DNA from: Massalongia carnosa
Lineage: Eukaryota
Direction of reading: 5' to 3'
DNA length: 64,000 nt
Assembly (NCBI GenBank): GCA_965645245.1
Contig: OZ287069.1
Coordinates: 2,728,001 to 2,792,000, forward strand
This document shows, piece after piece, positions 1-13,108 of the stretch. How positions within the stretch are numbered: position 1 is the stretch's first letter; each line of letters begins with the position of its first letter. The position numbers and the translations under genes were made by a program. Under the pieces are notes generated by a model. The model had not been told where the DNA came from and made no database searches. It saw only the letters and a program-made list of their open reading frames with translations.

Positions 1-735
1 TAGCTTACAGCATCGCAACTGAAGGACTAAAGAAGAGGGTTGTAGAAGAAGAAACAAAGCTCCATACGAGAAAACCATAGGACAACTGAAGTCAGCTGGA
101 CTAACAGGGTCTTCAGGTTGCTAGAGATGTGCGAGAATCTTTGCCAAGCCTAAATCGTGGCGGACATAGACACCAAGGTCCACAGTGGACTTTAAGGTGA
201 GGGATAAGCGGACTCAAAATGGAGTCATAGATAGGCAAGCCAATCCATGGCTAGTGACTCCATCAAAGAGGAGAGGGTTTCGAAGTTCGAAAGGGTGATG
301 ACTCCAAATAATGGGAATATGAAGATAATGCAATGTAACGATAAGCTTGCCCAATTCCCTAAGGCAACCAACGGCATATGAGAAGATCTATGCCCCAAGT
401 ATTGGGGTAATCGAGGCAAATTGGGAATTGACAAGCCACCGGGGCAAATTTTTATGCAAGATTTGACCGGGAACTGTGGTGCCCCCAGGCCAGTAGATTA
501 GCGTCGAGATTGGACTCGAGCTGCCAACACCGTACGCGCATTCCAAAATCCCAAGAATCTTAAGGCTTGACAAGCTCTTTGATGGAGCCCAGATTGAGGA
601 TGTTTAGCAGAGCAAATTCCAGAATCACCAGCAAAAGAAGCGGCAAAAGGTCCGTTGTACCGGGGAAGCAATCCCCCCTTAGGTTCATGCGATTTGGGTG
701 AAGTCCATGAGGAGATTAAATATCAACCACCACGT

Positions 736-2625
736 TCAGTATGATGCCATACGCCTTGACGGTAGTCGCCTCGAGTCCAGATGCCGATCAATTGAAATAT
801 CCATTCCCATCATTAAAGAGGAGCTGCACTGCCTGTTAGGAGCTGTGGGGCTGTCATCCATAGGCTGATTATGCTGCCCAAATGCAAATGTTTGCGCTCG
901 GCTTAGCTTCGCGCGTTGTTGCTTGATCCTTCCTAGACCACGCTCGCAAGCATTGGCGTGTTCCTTTGCAGCCATGGCGACGTAATCCTGCGGGAAGCAG
1001 CGAAATCTATGATGCATGAAGAAACCATTGTAGCCGCCGTCGAGAATGTATACTTCGGGGTAAGTTAACGACGGATAACGATGAGCATTTGCAGCACGAT
1101 CCTTGTGACGGACAAATTTTGCCCTGCATAGATTGTTAGCAAGGTCCAAATGAACAAGATTTGAACCATTACATGATCGGGGCTCGATGAGCCGAATACT
1201 CGCAATGAAATATGAGCAAGGTCTTCTCAGCTTGTGGGGTCTCGAACAGCTGGTTGGCTAATTCGTCTTTATTATTGACATTGATAGCACCTTCAATATG
1301 ACCTCCTTTATACTCGTATTCAAAACGGCAATCTACTATGATTGAATGCTCAAAGCATTGATCATACTTACCATCTAGTACCTCGATTATGGTGTCCTTC
1401 GTGATTCGCGGTAAGCTCTCGTCCTCGGAGATGAAATGTGGAAGTTGTAATCGAGGTGCATCATCAGTGTCCATAATGGAATCCAGCACGCTCGTAGAGC
1501 TAATATTAACTTTCTCCTGCTTCAAAAAATCACCTGGGTTCTCAAACATGCTGAGCGAGCGTCGAAACTGTTTCCGGGGTCTCTGACTTGGCATAGACGG
1601 CTTTCTAACGTGTCCAACAATTGGGGATCCGCTGCTGCGGTGATGTCCGTTTATGCCGGAGAATGGCTGTTTCATCCTCGGGGGTCCCATGGTTAACGGT
1701 AATGATGAATTGGCGTTCTCCTGCGGCGGTGAAGAGGTAAAGCATTCGTCAGAAGACATCAAGGAAGGAGTGGGTAATGAAGGTCCATTCCCAAATTTAA
1801 AAGAGGGCAAAACGTTTTCTGCTCGTACATTCCTTAGAGGCGCTGATGCTGTTGAGCTTACCCTATTCCGTGAAAATGAGGGTCTCACTAGGGTTGATCG
1901 CTTGCGCCTAGAAGGAGAATTAACTTGCGTTCATGGCCCAAGCTTTCGTTCGCTTACTCAAAAAAAATGGGATGCCTGCCAGCTTCTTTTGAGATTTCCT
2001 GGTTAACGTCTTGAAGGGATGAAACAAGATCCTCTATCGGCGTTTCTTCCGGTGATAGAGGCACCAATTGAATCTGGGCCACGACGAATGGTGCTTTATG
2101 TGGCAAAGGGGATATATCCATCAAGTCGTTACCAGGCCCTGGAGAGGATGACGGAATTGGGGGTGTAGTCACGCATTCTATCCCATTGTAAGCCGTTGTC
2201 TCCAAGGTGGGAGTGCATGTGACTGGCTTACCTCGACCGGTGATTGTCCCAAAAAGATTTTGTGAGAAAAGGGATCTTCGGGGTGTAGGAAGTCCAGGGC
2301 TAGGATTATCAAAGTTAATAAATGCAAGTACCATCCAATGTAGCTGAGAGACATACCTCTGATCAATGTGAAAATTTTGGGACAAGTCTGCTGCCAGGGT
2401 GGTTGTAGGTGACGATCCTCTTACAGGCTTCAAGCTAAAGTAGTCTAATGGTGCTTTGCTCATGCTGAGATCCTTGAAGTTGAAGCTGCTTGGCCCAAAG
2501 CTGTTTTTTTCCCTACACCGTCCTCCATAATTGGGATATGAAATGGGTATATCGTTTCGGCAGCCCCATTGACCAAAAGGAAGTGAAGCAGGCTGCATAG
2601 CAGCCAATGGCGAGGACCGTTCCAT
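736..2625 (-). CDS. cdc25: M-phase inducer phosphatase (Cdc25/Mih1/NimT), 5 exons: 2625-2357, 2299-2232, 2177-1958, 1907-1173, 1123-736
   Basis: Rhodanese-type Cdc25 domain with [20 protein letters not shown] and catalytic [10 protein letters not shown] (HCx5R), then [15 protein letters not shown] introns join the ORF-track pieces in frame. Confidence 0.95.
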
Positions 2626-5039
2626 TCTTTATTGATCAAGGAGAATACACTTTCGTTGTAGCCGTATGAGACACTATGTCATCCGAGGGACCACTACGAC
2701 CGAAAAGAGCAATTGGTAATGGTCAAAGTTGGGTTTGAAGTCGTCCAAGATCTAGCGAGGGGCTGCAGGTTAATCCTCGTAAGGGATGCAGATTCTGGAT
2801 AAGTAATTGACCGTGATCTTTTAAGCTGCAATACCTAAATCATGATGAAGTGGAAGAATGAGGAATTGAAGGTGCTGGATAATGTAATTTATCCTTAGGG
2901 AAAGGGTTGGGCGAAGTCGACATTCAACAAATGTGACTTGTCCTACTTTAGACGACCTGAGCCGACGGGGGAGGAAAGACCGTCGAGAATGTGAAGATGT
3001 CGAGAAGGATAGAGAGGAAGGTGAAGGTGAAGGTGAAAGTGATGAAGAAGTAGAAAGCACTAAGCTCGTGAGTGAAGAAAGACGGCTTGAAGCTTGAAAA
3101 ACGCCCTTGGTAGTCGTCTAAGCAACGTTGGTGGGATGCATAAGTGTGGATATTCAATCGGTACCCAGGGATTTTACCGCTTACAGCAGCTGAGCAGCAG
3201 CCAGCAACCAACATCCAGCAAATTAATGATGAACGGCTACCTATCCCATCTCGGCTCCACGTTGTTTTCATTATGCAGGAACTCATTGTCACTGTCTTCA
3301 TCTACGAATGACACCGCAAAGACGCAGCCCACACCGCGCCGTTATGATGTAATTGTGTTTAACCCTTTCCAGGCCAACAATGCTGGAGATATGAGACAGC
3401 GGGGGAACTCGATAAGAACATCAGGTTTTCCCCCAAGAGCGTGCCAGCACATATGGCGGCTTTCTAGCGGCTAGAGAGCTCCTTTGGGAAGGCTGATACA
3501 CCCGGATCAGGTTTTCTACGCAGTGATTGGGAGATGAGGTGGGATAAGGTGCTTCGTTTAGGGCTGTCCTATCCGGCAGAGGTCGGCGTAGCGATGGAGA
3601 TTGGCCTGGGCCATCCCTCCTCTAATATCAAACATGCGGCACGCAAGCCCATGCTGTCTGATTGGCCCGTTTGTAAGTACACGCCCTTTTGTGCCATCTG
3701 ATCTATGCTTGCATCTCATCGTTCAATCCTTGCTGTTTTGCTAGTTGGTCTTCGAGTCCTTAGCCTCGGAGGGGGGGAACGCGAGCTGGAAGAACTCCAG
3801 CTGAAGTCAAAGAAACGATCCGTTTGGGGATGTGAAAATGCACCGAGTTCTCTCGAAAAAGATAATTTTCGAGTATGTTTCCCATGCTCTGAGAAAGGAT
3901 GAATGCCCATGGTCATGGCCCTCCTCTTCAAGTGTGGACGGAGCTGCACGAGCGTATTGATGTGGGTGATGCTGCACAGCTAACCCAGAATCCACCCTCA
4001 AATTAAGCATCGTCATACGGTCACGCAATCTACCTTGCACTCCGCCTGTTGACACCAGAACTGGAATAGTCCCACAGAAGCAATACCGTCCTTTGACAAC
4101 CCCTCCATCCATTCCTAGACCGTAAACACTTCGGTTGCTGGGTTACATACGCGCCAATTCGGTCCTCGGCATTCCCATTTGACTGTGAAAGCGCCGGCCA
4201 AGATCAGGCATCTCCGAAGGATGCTTAGCCGGTAGCTTGTACCCTGTTACATACATCTGCGCTGTGTTTTTGGCCTTGCATCCCGTGCTCAGCTTACTCA
4301 GGACCGTATTCGGTGTTATCGTAGAGAATGCTTAAGACTTGAGGCTCAAAGCGATATTCATGCTTGTTGCTCAATATATCAAAGAAGAGAATCATGAATA
4401 CAGAGTAGTTCCGTTACTCAATTAACCTAAAGATAACCCATCAGTAGCAATGATAGCAATGGTGATACCAGAAGTCATTGTTGTGCCAAAAGCCGCAGGT
4501 AAACAAAACATATGCCCGGACGCGTAGAAAGCGCGCGTGTCATGTGACAGTTTACCCCCGATCCGGAGCAATTAGGAACCGCGGGTGGATTAGTGTGTTT
4601 TAGATCTTCCGAGTTCTCCCGGCCGCGCGGGTGGCTGCGATCCGATTTTCTTGAACTTTTCAACGGTGCCGATGCTTGTGAATGAGGTAATGCTACAGAG
4701 TACTTTCTTTGGAATCAAGTCACAAAACCAACAGATGAAGTGGAAGGGACCAAGGAATAACTAAACGCGGCGGTGGAGTCAGTACTCTAGGAAAAGCTTC
4801 CAGGAACATGAGTTACCTGACGAACGATAGCTATTAGAAAAAGGGTCCAGGATTATAACTTAGAGGCTTATGAAAGTTATGGCCACAAGCATAGTACCCT
4901 GTACGGAGTAGGTAGTCTGCTATGTGAATTATGCTACCCCGTACAATGACACAAGCAGCTGTAGAATGGAATGCACGATGAATAATTTAAACAAAGCCGC
5001 TACAACTTCCCATCACCATATACCCAATACCTACTGCAG

Positions 5040-5594
5040 CTACTCTGAAAGAAAGCCCTGCCTCTGCCAGTATTGCTTCTCTTCCTCTTCCTCCAAACCT
5101 GGATGATAAGGGCAGACCCACACGGGGGGTCCGTTCACGCCTCTTGTATTAGTCCACCCAACTTCCGCCAAGGTTTTCTGCAAATTATCGTCGCCCAGCT
5201 TGAAGGTCTGGACCTCTAACCATGTACGGCCATCAACCAGCAACTTACACTCTGTAATACCCCTAGCTCCGCTTCCACCCATTTCTCGGATGAGATCTTC
5301 CACTTTCTTGCTGGTGGCAGCCACGCAGGTTGTATATACTATAGCCTCATCACGGTCCCGGCCCGTAAATCTGTCTCGGTGGGGTCTGACACCATTCCCT
5401 ATGAATTTGATAGTGACATATTTGATTTCTGGTGGTGATGGATGGAAAATTTGCGTAAAGAGCGCTCGGATAGGGGATGTGGGAAGGAGTATGAAGGGAG
5501 GAAGTAGTGGAACCCCATGATTTGGAGGTAACCCATCGGGTGTTAGAAAATGAAGCCGCCCATCTTGATCAAAGTATGTTGGAGGAGCCGACAT
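5040..5594 (-). CDS. Hypothetical fungal protein (~184 aa from ATG at 5594)
   Basis: Uninterrupted ORF starting MSAPPTYFDQ with a globular-looking C-terminal half (GITECKLLVDGRTW...TLAEVGWTNTRG...PPVWV). Function not recognised. Confidence 0.55.
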   Translation of the reverse strand: MSAPPTYFDQDGRLHFLTPDGLPPNHGVPLLPPFILLPTSPIRALFTQIFHPSPPEIKYVTIKFIGNGVRPHRDRFTGRDRDEAIVYTTCVAATSKKVEDLIREMGGSGARGITECKLLVDGRTWLEVQTFKLGDDNLQKTLAEVGWTNTRGVNGPPVWVCPYHPGLEEEEEKQYWQRQGFLSE

Positions 5595-6477
5595 TGTGAA
5601 TGTAGTTCCTAGATCGAGGATAGGCAGGATTTGACGTAAGATACTTCGCGGAGTCGCACCTGCGAAAACGCAAGCAGCAGAATGCTCGATCTGGGAATGT
5701 GATGGAGAATTTTCTCTTTGGTGCACTTGAGAGTGGATAAATTACTTGAGAGAAAGAACGGAATTTGAAGGGAGAATCACTCCTTTTATTTGTAAACATC
5801 CAAAATAATAATAATCGAACACTCATCCTGTACAGGTAAACCTCCGAGTCAAGAGTACGAATCATCAAATTAATATAAGCAAGGTGGCTATATAGAAGCA
5901 ATGAATCATCAGTGTAGGATCTGGAATGACTGCCTGTCCGTATTTGACCAAGAAATTTTATGAATACTCACAATGCGACAACAAAAATAAATACATCAAA
6001 TGATGTTCCAGCTAGAAAAGTAAACGGAAATCTCATTGACACCAATACGCAAATCCTCCATTCTAACAAAGAAAAAGAAAGAATTTATCAATCGGCCAAG
6101 ATATTCTATTCTATTAGGCCTAAAGCTTACGACATATCAAAGCCAAGCAATATTCTAGTGGCGTTTCTTCTGTCAGTCGGCAGCAAGTACAATAACGCTG
6201 TATTCACTTCTGTTTGAGCACAACAAGACTGCCCTCGTCAAGGGTTTAATTATAGCAGCCTTTCATTCGTCGACAAGCGTATATCTTGACATCACGGATC
6301 TAAAGGCTGTTGCAGCCCCAGTTGCTGGTGCTACTCCGGGGGTATGCGGTAGGCAGATACATCAACAGCTCAGACCTGTCTCCGTTTCTCCTTTGGCTAG
6401 ATGTCAATGATGGTAGGTCCTCGCCACCAATTAGCTGAGAGTTCTGCCCCCTTCGAAACCTTCGGTAAGAGCGAAAG

Positions 6478-6525
6478 CGAAAATTTTTTAATTTGGGAAA
6501 CCTCAATCCAAATTATTTTAAAAAA
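6478..6525 (+). promoter_or_regulatory. AT-rich RRPE-like tract upstream of POL5
   Basis: CGAAAATTTTTT at 6478 and a further A/T run ~200 bp upstream of a ribosome-biogenesis gene. Resembles yeast RRPE (TGAAAAWTTTT); function is inferred. Confidence 0.3.
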
Positions 6526-6696
6526 ATTTTTAAATCAGGGAAATATTAGAATGAGAAATACCTCACCTGCGAAATCTGTATAATTGGCGTTTAATACAGG
6601 ACTGCGCTAAGCATAAATGGTAAGATACGATTATGGTCAAAGCTTGATCTAAAATTTGGAACTCCATATCTTACCTTTCACTACACTCTTATCAGC

Positions 6697-9600
6697 ATGT
6701 CTCGAAAAAGGAAAAGGGAAACGTTCCCAGTGAACACAGAATTGGTCGAGATATATGAAAACTTAGCGAACCCAGATGAGGAAATAAGATTCAGAGCTGC
6801 GCAGGGATTGCTCCTGAAGGTCTCCTCGAATGCCGGTTTTACGGATGAACAGCTTAATGAAATATTAAGGAGACTGGTCAGAGGACTTTGTAGCGGCCGC
6901 AAAGCTGCTCGACTGGGGTTCTCCATAGCCCTCACTGAGTTTTTGATCCAGCTCCAGGATTTCGATACGAGATCTCTACAGACACCCATTACGATCAGTG
7001 AAGTCATTGAGGTCCTGAAAAAGCAGACTCAAATTAGTGGCAGTGTTTCTGGTCAGGTCTGATGACGCGATCTAAAGCCGGCAATATGGTCTTTAGCTGA
7101 TATATCAAATACGTAGGAAGAACGAGACCATCATTTTGGACGTCTTTTTGGAGCAGAGGCTGTGATTAAATCAGCTAGTTTATTCAAAGCCAGCGTAGAC
7201 ATTCACTATTGGTCAGAGGTGCTGGATTTGATATTAGATCTAGCAAAGAGGAAACACTGGCTACGAGAAGAGTGCGGATGGATCGTGTGCAATACAATCG
7301 AAAGTCTAGGCAGAGACGGTTACGATTACAGGTATACTCAAATAGTTATTGACAAATATCACGCCAATGGCCTCACAAAAACACCTGAAGGTATCGCTTT
7401 ATGGTTAGTGAGTCAGTCAAACTTCCCTCAAGTTAAATTCCCCCCCGGGACCTGGCAGAACGAGAATCCCCTACATCGAAAAGATAGAGCAAAATTGGCA
7501 GCAATTCTCAAGGATGCATTATCTGATATAGCCGATCATGATGGCGACAGCTCAAAAGGTCCGCAAAAAGGCAATTGGATCTACAAATTGCACTTTGCAT
7601 GGGAAAAGGTGCTAACCCATATCTTATCATCATGCAATGGGATTTCTAAGGAGGGTTCGAAGGATCTGAACTTAGCAGAGTTTTGGGATGAGTGCGTAGA
7701 CAGTAGGTTAACTGTGGTTTTTTTAAACTGTATCTTGCTGAGCAACACATAGAGAGCCTTTTCGCTTCTTCGTCTTCAGAAGAACGGAAGTACTGGGGAT
7801 TCTTGCTCTTTCAACGAGCGGTCTGCATTATCCCAGTACCTTTGTTCTCGCTCATTTTCAGCACTAATTTGACACGATGTCTTTTGAATCAACTTGCTTC
7901 GCCGAAACGATATCTTCATCGCATTGCAGAGAAATCTGCGAAAGCCATTTTCCGCAGGGTGCAAACAGACCCGGTTCTAGCGGTAACAGGCCTGGAATGC
8001 TTCTTAAGCTCACTGCATGGGCAGATCAATTTTGATCCGATGTCAAAAAGTAAGATAATAGAGAAAATGCTTCCGTTAGTAAAGGATGAGTACTTGAGGG
8101 ATTTGGTAAAAGTTTTTCGAGCTATAATCTTCGAGCCTGGTACCCAGGACCAGAGAACAGCTACGTTCAAGAGGCAATACATAGCTGATCAGCTGAGCAA
8201 TCTTGTGCGGTCAAGGCATACGCAACATGACAGTATATCTACCCACTCGGACACTTCCATGGGTATTCAAGGAATTTTATCACTGTTCATAAACTTTGCA
8301 TACTTCATTCCAATGGCGGATCTTGAACCTTCGGTACCTTTAGCCCATCCCCCTATCTCTGATGCCTCACGAAAGATGTTCAGATCCAGAATATATTCTT
8401 GTCTAACGCATCTCATATCGAAATCTGCTAACCCCCCGTTCTTTGCTTATCATGTGGTCTCTACGATCCGAATGAAGGAGGAACTTAACGAGGGCTATGT
8501 TATAGCGATAGACGCATATGAAACAGTTGAACCGACCGTCCAAGAGGCTTGGAAGGTACTGACAAAGATTCATCTCAAGGAAGAGCTATCAAATACGGCC
8601 AAGAAGCCCCTTCTGTCTGCCTTCAAACTACTATATTCGTTGACAATACTCCAAGTGTACAACTTCGATGCTGATGCCGTTAACCTACTCCAAGAACTTA
8701 AGGAGTGTTATGGAACCCTGGTCAAACATAAGAATAATAACAAGGCGCAAGGATATTCAGACATTTTAGTCGAGATAATACTAAGTCTCGTCGCGAAGCC
8801 ATCACTGCTATTTCGACTTCTAGGCCAGCAAGTGTTTTCTGCCTTCGTATCCAAAATTAGCAGAATTGGTTTAGAGTCTATGGTCAAGGTTCGTACTGTC
8901 TATGTTATCAGAGAATAGGTAATGACTGTTGCAGGTGCTAACGACAGAGGAGAATATCTCTGGGCAGAATGAGATGTTTGATTGTATTGGTGACGATGAT
9001 GACGGCGGTGAAACTTCTGACACTGAAGAAATCCACATGACTGATGTTACAGCTATTAGTGCGCCAGCCAGACATAATAGCAATGCAGGCCATGATCCAG
9101 ATACTGAGGATGGCTCGTTTAGCGAAACAGGGAACGATGAGAGTGACTTAGACTGTGCTGATGTGGAGTTGGCAGCATTTGATGCAAAGCTTGCTATAGC
9201 CCTCGGGATACGAGCCACAGCTCATACAAACGACGACGAATCTACCGATGAAGATATGAATGATGAGCAGATGGAGGCTCTTGACCAGCATTTAGAGAAA
9301 GTGTTTCGGGAAAGGAAGAAGGTAACCTCGAAAAAGTTACAGCGGAAGGAAGCTAAAGAGAACATCTTAAATTTCAAAAATAGAGTCTTGGATCTTCTCG
9401 AGATCTTCATCAAGCAGCAGCCTAATAGTGTGCTGGCTTTGGATCTTCTTGTACCGGTTCTTACAGTGATACGAACAACGAAGAGTCCTTTAGTATCAGG
9501 CAAAGCCTGTGATTTGATGCGAAAGTACAGCAATCTTTGCAAAGGCAAGAACTTGCCAGGTTCCGTTGACAAAGCCACAATTTTCAGATTACTCGTGGAG

Positions 9601-9828
9601 GTACACAATCAAGCTACGAAACAAGGATCCAACGCTTATACCAGCTCGTGTAGTCAAGCCAGTCTGCTACTCGTCAGGATTCTTGCTTCTCAAGATAGAG
9701 AAAACCTGCGTCGAGTCCTGTCTGTTTACAGTGCAACACAAGAACGAGCTCTTTTCGATCCAAAGTGCAAAGTTAAGACTTCTTTTTTCTCTGACTGGCT
9801 TAACTTTTGTTCTTCTAACATCAAGTAA
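6697..9828 (+). CDS. POL5: DNA polymerase phi / Pol5 (MYBBP1A-like, rRNA biogenesis), 4 exons: 6697-7056, 7117-7702, 7753-8888, 8935-9828
   Basis: Motifs LRRLVRGLCSGRKAARLGF, QEERDHHFGRLFG, KHWLREECGW, SEERKYWGF, acidic DEDMNDEQM..LD and FKNRVLDLL. Canonical introns restore the frame. Confidence 0.93.
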
Positions 9829-10057
9829 GAATGTGTAGCATTCACTAGTTTAACAAGCCGTCAACTATTATTTGGTGAATGATTCTGTGTTCGTTCGCTT
9901 GAACGTGTCAAAAGTGTATAATGAGGACAATTTGTACTATAGAAACACCCCTAAGCTTGCTCTAGAAGAGCTCATTTCAGTTTTACCTCGTACACTTGTC
10001 AAATCTTCCTGACGCGCCAATTTTGCAACCAACTCTCGAAAGCATAGAGTCTTCAAG

Positions 10058-10662
10058 ATGGCAAACCCAAGCGCTGGTCGAGTTGCAGTTGAGGGTATCA
10101 AACCTGAAGATGGCCTGTAGAAATATTCAATTTTCAGTGTGATTAGTCCGTTTTGCTAATGATTCACGCAAGCTCGGGGGAAAGGTCTCTGTCCTGGTGG
10201 TAGTTGGGCCTGTTGACCAATCGAAATCGTGGGTGTTGCCTCACAGCTTTAGTGTACACCGCTCATCTTTCTTTGCAAGCGCTTTGAACGGCCCATTATA
10301 GAAGGGAGAATGAAAAAGGTCTCATTTCGAGAGGACGACCCTGCGATATTTGAGCTGTTTGTCAAATGGCTTTATGTGGGCATGGACTTTGGCCCGGACG
10401 GTAACGAGTCTGCTTTGATCTATGCAAAGGATGGGTGTTGGGGGACAAACCCGGATGCGACAACTTCAAGAACACACTCATGTATCGTATAGGTTCTTAC
10501 TCTAAGACTTACTATCTGCTTGGATATATTATGGATTATACCTATGCAAATACCCCATCAGGATCCAAACTCAAAGGATGGGCGGTGTGGCAACTCTTCT
10601 GTGACTCAGCCGAGGGCAGATTTTACCAGAAGAAAGGAGAATGGGTTAGGTTGATGAAATAG
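10058..10662 (+). pseudogene. Degenerate BTB/POZ-domain protein gene
   Basis: BTB-like segments VLVVVG..., SSFFASALNG, (F)IEGRMKKVSFREDDPAIFELFVKWLY and WVLGDK...FKNTLM lie in different frames (frameshifts near 10297 and 10430, stop at 10660). Confidence 0.7.
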
Positions 10663-10751
10663 AATCAGGATTTATGTGAGAGCTGTGTTTCGCGGTCAGC
10701 GTGCACAGGCAAAGCGCAAGTTTTCCACAATCCTTGAATGAGGTTTACAAT

Positions 10752-12156
10752 GATGATGTATTCATACTCCGATATGACACCGGCCGTAGGCCGGCCTATG
10801 CGGGCAAAGCTATCTAAGTTATGTTACATGGAAAACCTTTCACAGGTGTAAAAACCATATCCCTTGATACCCGTCCGATGTGACTACGGGTCGACGTCGG
10901 GCGGGAGACGCAGTGCAAAAGACGTGTGGGAACTGTAATGCCTTGTGAAAAGAGAAGAAAGAAAGAAAGGTTCAACTATTGTTGATTTTACAATAATGTT
11001 GATGCTAGTGAGAATTGATTCAATAAGCCTGTTTTCATTAGCCAAGCAGTTAGTATCTTCAGAGTTTTTGATGATTTGGTCAGCTGCTGATAGTCGCTCG
11101 TGCCGGCGGCGCGAAACATCTGTTCTCTATTGTCAATAAGTCTGCAGAACATGATTACATGTTCTGGAGTTTGTCTGTGCCAGCCACATGAGCAGGCCGG
11201 TGAGGTGACGGAGGGCACCCGTTGCTTGTAGAGGAAGTCAGCTAACCCGATCTTGCCAGTGCGGATTTGTGTTGTTAGAGCGCTTTCTGCCTTTTTTAGC
11301 TGCGTGTGTATTTTCAGCCGTTTTTTGCTCAGTGGGACTGATTGTGCTATGGAGGGTTCGATGACGCGATTTTGATATGCGCACCACGAGTCGTTCCAGA
11401 CCTTCATTTGTCGTGCTTTGATTGTTTGCATCTGCTTGTGTCGGGCCGTTGCCGCAACGGTAGCTTCGCGGTGCCACGCCAGGTAGACTTCGAACCATGG
11501 TGGGTGTGCCTTTGGTGGTTGAACTATTTTTGAGTCGATCAGTAGGCTTTTGGCCCAGATGTGTTTCAGCTCTCCCGGGGTGGGCTTTTGAAGTCGTTTG
11601 CGACCTGCCTTGCCTCGAAGTTTGTCAGCTATTTTGTTGCATGCGGAGGAGATGATCTTCAATTGGCCTCCGGCTCGGAGCTGGTGCCTTGCCTGTGCTT
11701 GTAGCATGTCGAGATGCGTGTCTATGGGCGCTATGAAGGTCTCTGCTTCTAGTACTGAGATGGGAGTGGCTTTAAAGGCACCGGCTATGGTGCGAAGGCA
11801 ATTGTTTTGCATGACGGAGAGCTTGCTCGTTGACGTTTTTGACTTTTTGACTTCTTTGGGCATGTGCCATACGGTTGACCCATATGTCATGGCCGGACGC
11901 ACCACGGCACTGTAAACTTGCCTTGCCTTGGCGAAGGTGGCACCCCAGGTTGATGTGGAAATTTTTGTCAATGCCATGGATTGTTTGACCATTTTCTCTT
12001 GCGTTTTGCGAACGTGCGGTCCCCATTTCAATTTGGTGTCGATTTGTAGGCCCAATACTCTGATGTCCGTTTTTGGTTCAATTTCGGTGCTAGCAATATT
12101 GATGGATGCAGTCATGTTGAATCTTTTGGGATTTCTGGACAAGCGTATGAGTTGAT
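10752..12156 (-). mobile_element. 5'-truncated Tad1-like non-LTR retrotransposon (LINE): ORF2 C-terminus (10988-12156) plus 3' UTR
   Basis: ORF homologous to the C-terminus of the LINE at 13870-17331 (IRVLGLQIDTKLKW, VVRPAMTYGS, CSCG..HVIMFC zinc knuckle). 9-bp TSD GTTTACAAT at 10743-10751 and 12157-12165; short CATC-type tail. Confidence 0.93.
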
Positions 12157-12549
12157 GTTTACAATAGTAGGCCTAAGCAAATTCTAAAGCTTGGAAAGAC
12201 CACACTGCCCCATTGAACCAAAAAGCCAGATTCCTCCTCGACCGGGAGTTAAGTAACATTGATACTAACCTTTCTCCAACCGAACGAAAAGTGCTATCTA
12301 TCCTTACTTTCCTTTAGAAATGATTGCTGCTACAAGATACGTGATCGACCCTGGCGATACCTTCAAAAACAAGATACAACGGAATTGACAATGGATGACC
12401 TTTGAGAACCTTCATGCCGAAACTAACGATCAGAATCCTTTACCGCACACCGCCGACCAGCAATGCCAGCCAGCAGCCAGCATCCAGGAATAGAACCTGA
12501 GGCCCGGTAAGCATCACCAAACATGCGGCAACCAAAAACCAAACCATTG

Positions 12550-12678
12550 CCTCAGTACCTCAGACGTGCGTGGCTCTATGAGCCGGCTAAGCCCCTCCGG
12601 GTTAGCGGCCCTTTAGCTGACTACGCATGCTACGGGCGGCACGTCTGAGCGCAAAACTCTGTATTTTTGTCAGATCCG
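12550..12678 (+). repeat. Left terminal inverted repeat of the helicase element
   Basis: CCTCAGTACCTCAGACGTGCGTGG...GGGTTAGCG (12550-12607) is the exact reverse complement of 19000-19057, and 12639-12659 is the exact reverse complement of 18952-18972. Confidence 0.92.
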
Positions 12679-13108
12679 GCTTATTTTGGTGGCGCGCTCA
12701 TACTAATTTCTTGCTTAATCTCAAAAATCATCAAGAATCAAGTTGACGGCGGAATCAACAACGCGCAACGACATTTCATAAATTATGTAGTAATAGAAAT
12801 GATGCTTTGATATACATTCTATCGATTAATCAATATTTTAATTACATATCGATGCAGAATTGAATCGCAATATCGATCTCGCGACGAGGACTCGACTTTG
12901 ACTCGAAATCTCGACACTACCACAGCAGACTCAACGGGTCACTAGCTCCAGTTTTTCATTGTCGGCGCTTCTGATCATTAATCTGATCCTCCGAGCGTTG
13001 TTTTCGAAAGCCTAAAATCGTTGAATGTGATGAACCTGCTTGATGTGCGTTTTACGGGCTAAGAATCCAACTCGCGAATCGTCGAATATCGCTCGCAAAC
13101 ACATCTAA

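Noticed and set aside
2700..5000. Short ORFs upstream of cdc25
   Set aside because: No recognisable domains or splice-supported models; likely long 5' UTR/promoter sequence. A single ACGCGT at 4520 is insufficient evidence of regulation.
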